Origin: an uncultured Thermoleophilia bacterium
GTDB lineage: Bacteria; Actinomycetota; Thermoleophilia; Gaiellales; Gaiellaceae
Length of the DNA: 64,000 nt
Direction of reading: 5' to 3'
Assembly: GCA_963785875.1 (NCBI GenBank)
Contig: CAWAWV010000006.1
Coordinates: 53,590 to 117,589, forward strand
The position numbers were made by a program, and so were the translations under genes. Positions 61,718 to 64,000 of the stretch are shown here, one piece after another. The stretch's first letter is position 1. The number at the start of each line of letters is the position of its first letter. Below the pieces are notes generated by a model. That model was not told the DNA's origin. It saw only the letters and a program-made list of their open reading frames with translations, and made no database searches.

Positions 61718-62523
61718 TCACGCACGCGCCGGCGCGTAGCCGATCCGGGCCGAGATCTCGGCCGCGGTCCGGCGCAGCGGCGAGACGAGCCGCGCGAGCA
61801 GCTCGTCGAAGGAGACCATCGAGCGGTGCACCGCGAGGTTGATCGCGGCGACGACCTCGCCCGACTGCGAGAGCACCGGTGCGGCGATCAGCGCCGGCCG
61901 TAGGCGAGCTCCTCGTTGTTGACCGCGAGTCCGTTCGTCGCGGACGCGCTCGAGCTCGGCGAGCAGCTCGACCTGCGCCGTCAGCGTGTTCGGGCCGCGC
62001 CGTGTGGAACTCGGTCCGGCTTGAGCACGTCTCGAGCGCGCCGTTGGTCAGGTGCGCGAGCAGCACCTTGCCCATCGACGTGCAGTACGCCGGCAGGCGC
62101 GAGCCGACGTGGAGGTTCAGGTCGATGTCCCTCTGCCCCTGCCGCGAGGTGCGGCAGCGCTCGATGTAGACGATGTCGGCGCCGTCCAGCACGGCCATGT
62201 TGACCGTGTGCCCCGTCTCGTCGCTCAGCGCCTGGAGGTGCGGAACCGCGAGCTCACGCAGGTCCATCGAGTTGATCGCGGAGAAGCCCGAGGTCGAGCA
62301 CCCGTGGACCGAGGCGGTACTTCCGCGTCGACGGATCCTGATCGAGGTAGCCGAGCCCGGCGAGCGTCGCGATGTAGCGATGCGTGGTCGAGCGGCTGAG
62401 GCCAACCTCCCGCGCCAGGTCGCTGACCCCGAGCAACGTGCGACCGGTCCGGAAGGCTGAGAGGACCGCCAGCCCCCGCTCGAGCGACTGAGAGTATGCG
62501 CCTGGTCTCGCAGCACTCGCCAC
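61718..62523 (-). pseudogene. IclR-family transcriptional regulator, frameshifted
   Basis: ORF 62254..62523 gives SQSLERGLAVLSAFRTGRTLLGVSDLAREVGLSRSTTHRYIATLAGLGYLDQD (wHTH). ORF 61587..62564 gives LAVPHLQALSDETGHTVNMAVLDGADIVYIERC..LNLHVGSRLPAYCTSMGKVLLAHL. The tail is NLAVHRSMVSF..ISARIGYAPARA. Confidence 0.85.
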
Positions 62524-62564
62524 CAGCGTGTTCTACATGTTCGGACAGCTGTAGCGCCCAGCAC

Positions 62565-63609
62565 TCAACGGTCGACCCTGACGACGGCTTTCATCACCTC
62601 GGTGCGGTGGGTCATCGCGTACTCGATCGCCGCCGGGGCATCGTCCAGGCCGAACTCGTGGGTCAAAAGCTTGGCCGCGGTGTCGCGCCGGCGGGAGACG
62701 AGGTCGACGGCGTCGACGAACTCGCTCGCGCGACAGCAGCTCGACCCGAGCACGTCCACCTCCTTCAGCGGCAGATCGCCCACGCGCATCGGGGTGCGCT
62801 CGCTCGAGAGGCTGACGACGACGCACGCGGCCGGCGTTTGCCACGATGTCCACCGACACCTGCGCGAGAGCGGCAACGCCAGTCGCCTCGAGCACCACCG
62901 CCGGCCCGTCGCGTCCCGCCCATTCCCGTGCGGCTGCGACGAGATCGCCATCGGGGGCGAGCTCGAGCACGTCCGCTCCGATCGCCTCGCCAAGGCGAAG
63001 CCGGCTCCCGACCGCGTCGACGAGCAGCACCGAGGCGCCGCGGTCGGTCGCTGCCAGCGCAAGGGCCTGGCCGATCGGACCCGCGCCGAGGACGACCACC
63101 CGCTCACCGGCTTCCACCCTCCCCCGAGCGACAGCGCGAACGGCGATCGAGACCGGCTCGACGAGCGCGGCCAGCCCCGGATCGAGGTCTCCGACGGCGA
63201 AGACCTGTGCCGCAGATACCAGCAGCTGGTCTTGCAGCGCACCGTCCTCATGCACGCCGATCAGCGCGATGTCGACGCATGCGTTCGGGCGGCCGACGCG
63301 GCAGGCGAAGCAGCGGCCGCAGCCCGAGACGGGCCAGAGCGCCACGCGCAGCCCCGGCACGAGCTCGGGCGAACAGCCCTCGCCGACGTCAAGGATCGTC
63401 CCGGCGGCCTCATGGCCCTGGATGCGTGGGTACAGCGACGACGGGTCGTCGATCGTGCCGAGGTCGCCCAGGAAGTAGTGGAAGTCCGATCCGCAGAGAC
63501 CGACGGCCTGCGGTTGCACGAGCACCTGGCCGGGACCGGGCGCGCCGGGCTCGGGCACCGACACGACCTCCATGACTCCCCGCGACCGGGTCACGGCTGC
63601 CCGCATCAT
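62565..63609 (-). pseudogene. Zinc-type medium-chain dehydrogenase (threonine/sorbitol dehydrogenase-like), one frame break near nt 62830
   Basis: ORF 62533..63630, read from ATG 63609, gives MMRAAVTRSRGVMEVVSVPEP..GLCGSDFHYF..GHEAAGTILDVGEG..CGRCFACRVGRPNAC..VVVLGAGPIGQ. The C-terminus (LKEVDVLGSSCCRASEFVDAVDLV..IEYAMTHRTEVMKAVVRVDR) is in ORF 62565..63251. Confidence 0.8.
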
Positions 63610-63663
63610 GCCCACCGGCTGATCGAACACCCTCGACGACGCGTGCGCAACAACGGCAACACC

Positions 63664-64000
63664 TCAACGAGCCGGCGGCTCGGGCACGCCCAGCTCGTCC
63701 TGGAGCTCGATGCCGAGCGCGAGCAGATCCCAGTCGGACGCAGCAGGCCCGATCAGCGAGACACTCACGGGTAATCCGCTCACGGCGCCGACGCCGGCCG
63801 GCAGCGCGACGACCGGGAAGCCCGTCCAGTCCCAGAAGTGCGTCAGGGAGATGAGCGCGTAGTCGGTGCCCGCGTGCGCGTACCCGTCGCCGCGACGCGG
63901 TGCGACGACCGGGATCGTCGGCTCGAGCACGGCGCTGATGCGGTGCTCGTCCAGCCAGTCCGCCCAGGCCGCGGTCGTCGCTCGCCGTCGGGCTTGCACC
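63664..64000 (-). CDS. Amidase-signature-family protein, 3' part only (gene continues beyond the window end)
   Basis: ORF 63664..63999 gives LISLTHFWDWTGFPVVALPAGVGAVSGLPVSVSLIGPAASDWDLLALGIELQDELG, a typical amidase (GatA-like) C-terminus. Confidence 0.7.
   Translation of the reverse strand, partial: VQARRRATTAAWADWLDEHRISAVLEPTIPVVAPRRGDGYAHAGTDYALISLTHFWDWTGFPVVALPAGVGAVSGLPVSVSLIGPAASDWDLLALGIELQDELGVPEPPAR

Overview
This is a very GC-rich, GC3-saturated 64-kb chromosomal segment that looks actinobacterial. It holds about 70 protein genes. By eye I found no rRNA, tRNA, CRISPR array, transposase or integrase.

Layout:
(i) nt 1-9400, minus strand: an M24 peptidase fragment, an FAH-family hydrolase, an M20 peptidase, an LLM oxidoreductase, a CoxG/L/S/M-type molybdenum hydroxylase set, and a class-V aminotransferase.
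(ii) nt 8680-13830: a Liv-type ABC importer.
(iii) nt 13950-23270: stress and housekeeping genes. These are a bicupin, OsmC, a family-III CoA-transferase, an NlpC/P60 hydrolase, an HtrA-like protease, a cNMP-binding TrxR-like flavoprotein, an epimerase, MscL, a glyoxalase, two cold-shock-domain genes and three unknown small ORFs.
(iv) nt 23513-63609: a large aromatic-acid / lignin-monomer catabolic region. It contains pobA, pcaL, pcaB and ligM, a fused metF, and an extradiol dioxygenase with a GalB-type hydratase and an RraA-type aldolase. It also contains two E1 alpha/beta TPP pairs, GMC oxidoreductases, aldehyde dehydrogenases and an acetoacetyl-CoA-synthetase-like ligase. A second Liv-type importer, a benzoylformate-decarboxylase-like enzyme, pcaIJ-pcaHG, ech-vdh and an IclR regulator complete it.

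The dominant non-gene signal is a pattern of frame breaks. Almost every gene outside nt ~9220-23570 is interrupted by several +/-1 frame changes, yet the translated pieces remain strongly family-like. About 20 consecutive genes inside that block read cleanly. The ORF track therefore fragments or wrongly merges most flank genes.

Flank-gene coordinates are reconstructed across frames, so ends may be off by a few tens of nt where noted. These genes are typed pseudogene because they do not translate as given, but sequencing or assembly artefact is the more likely cause.
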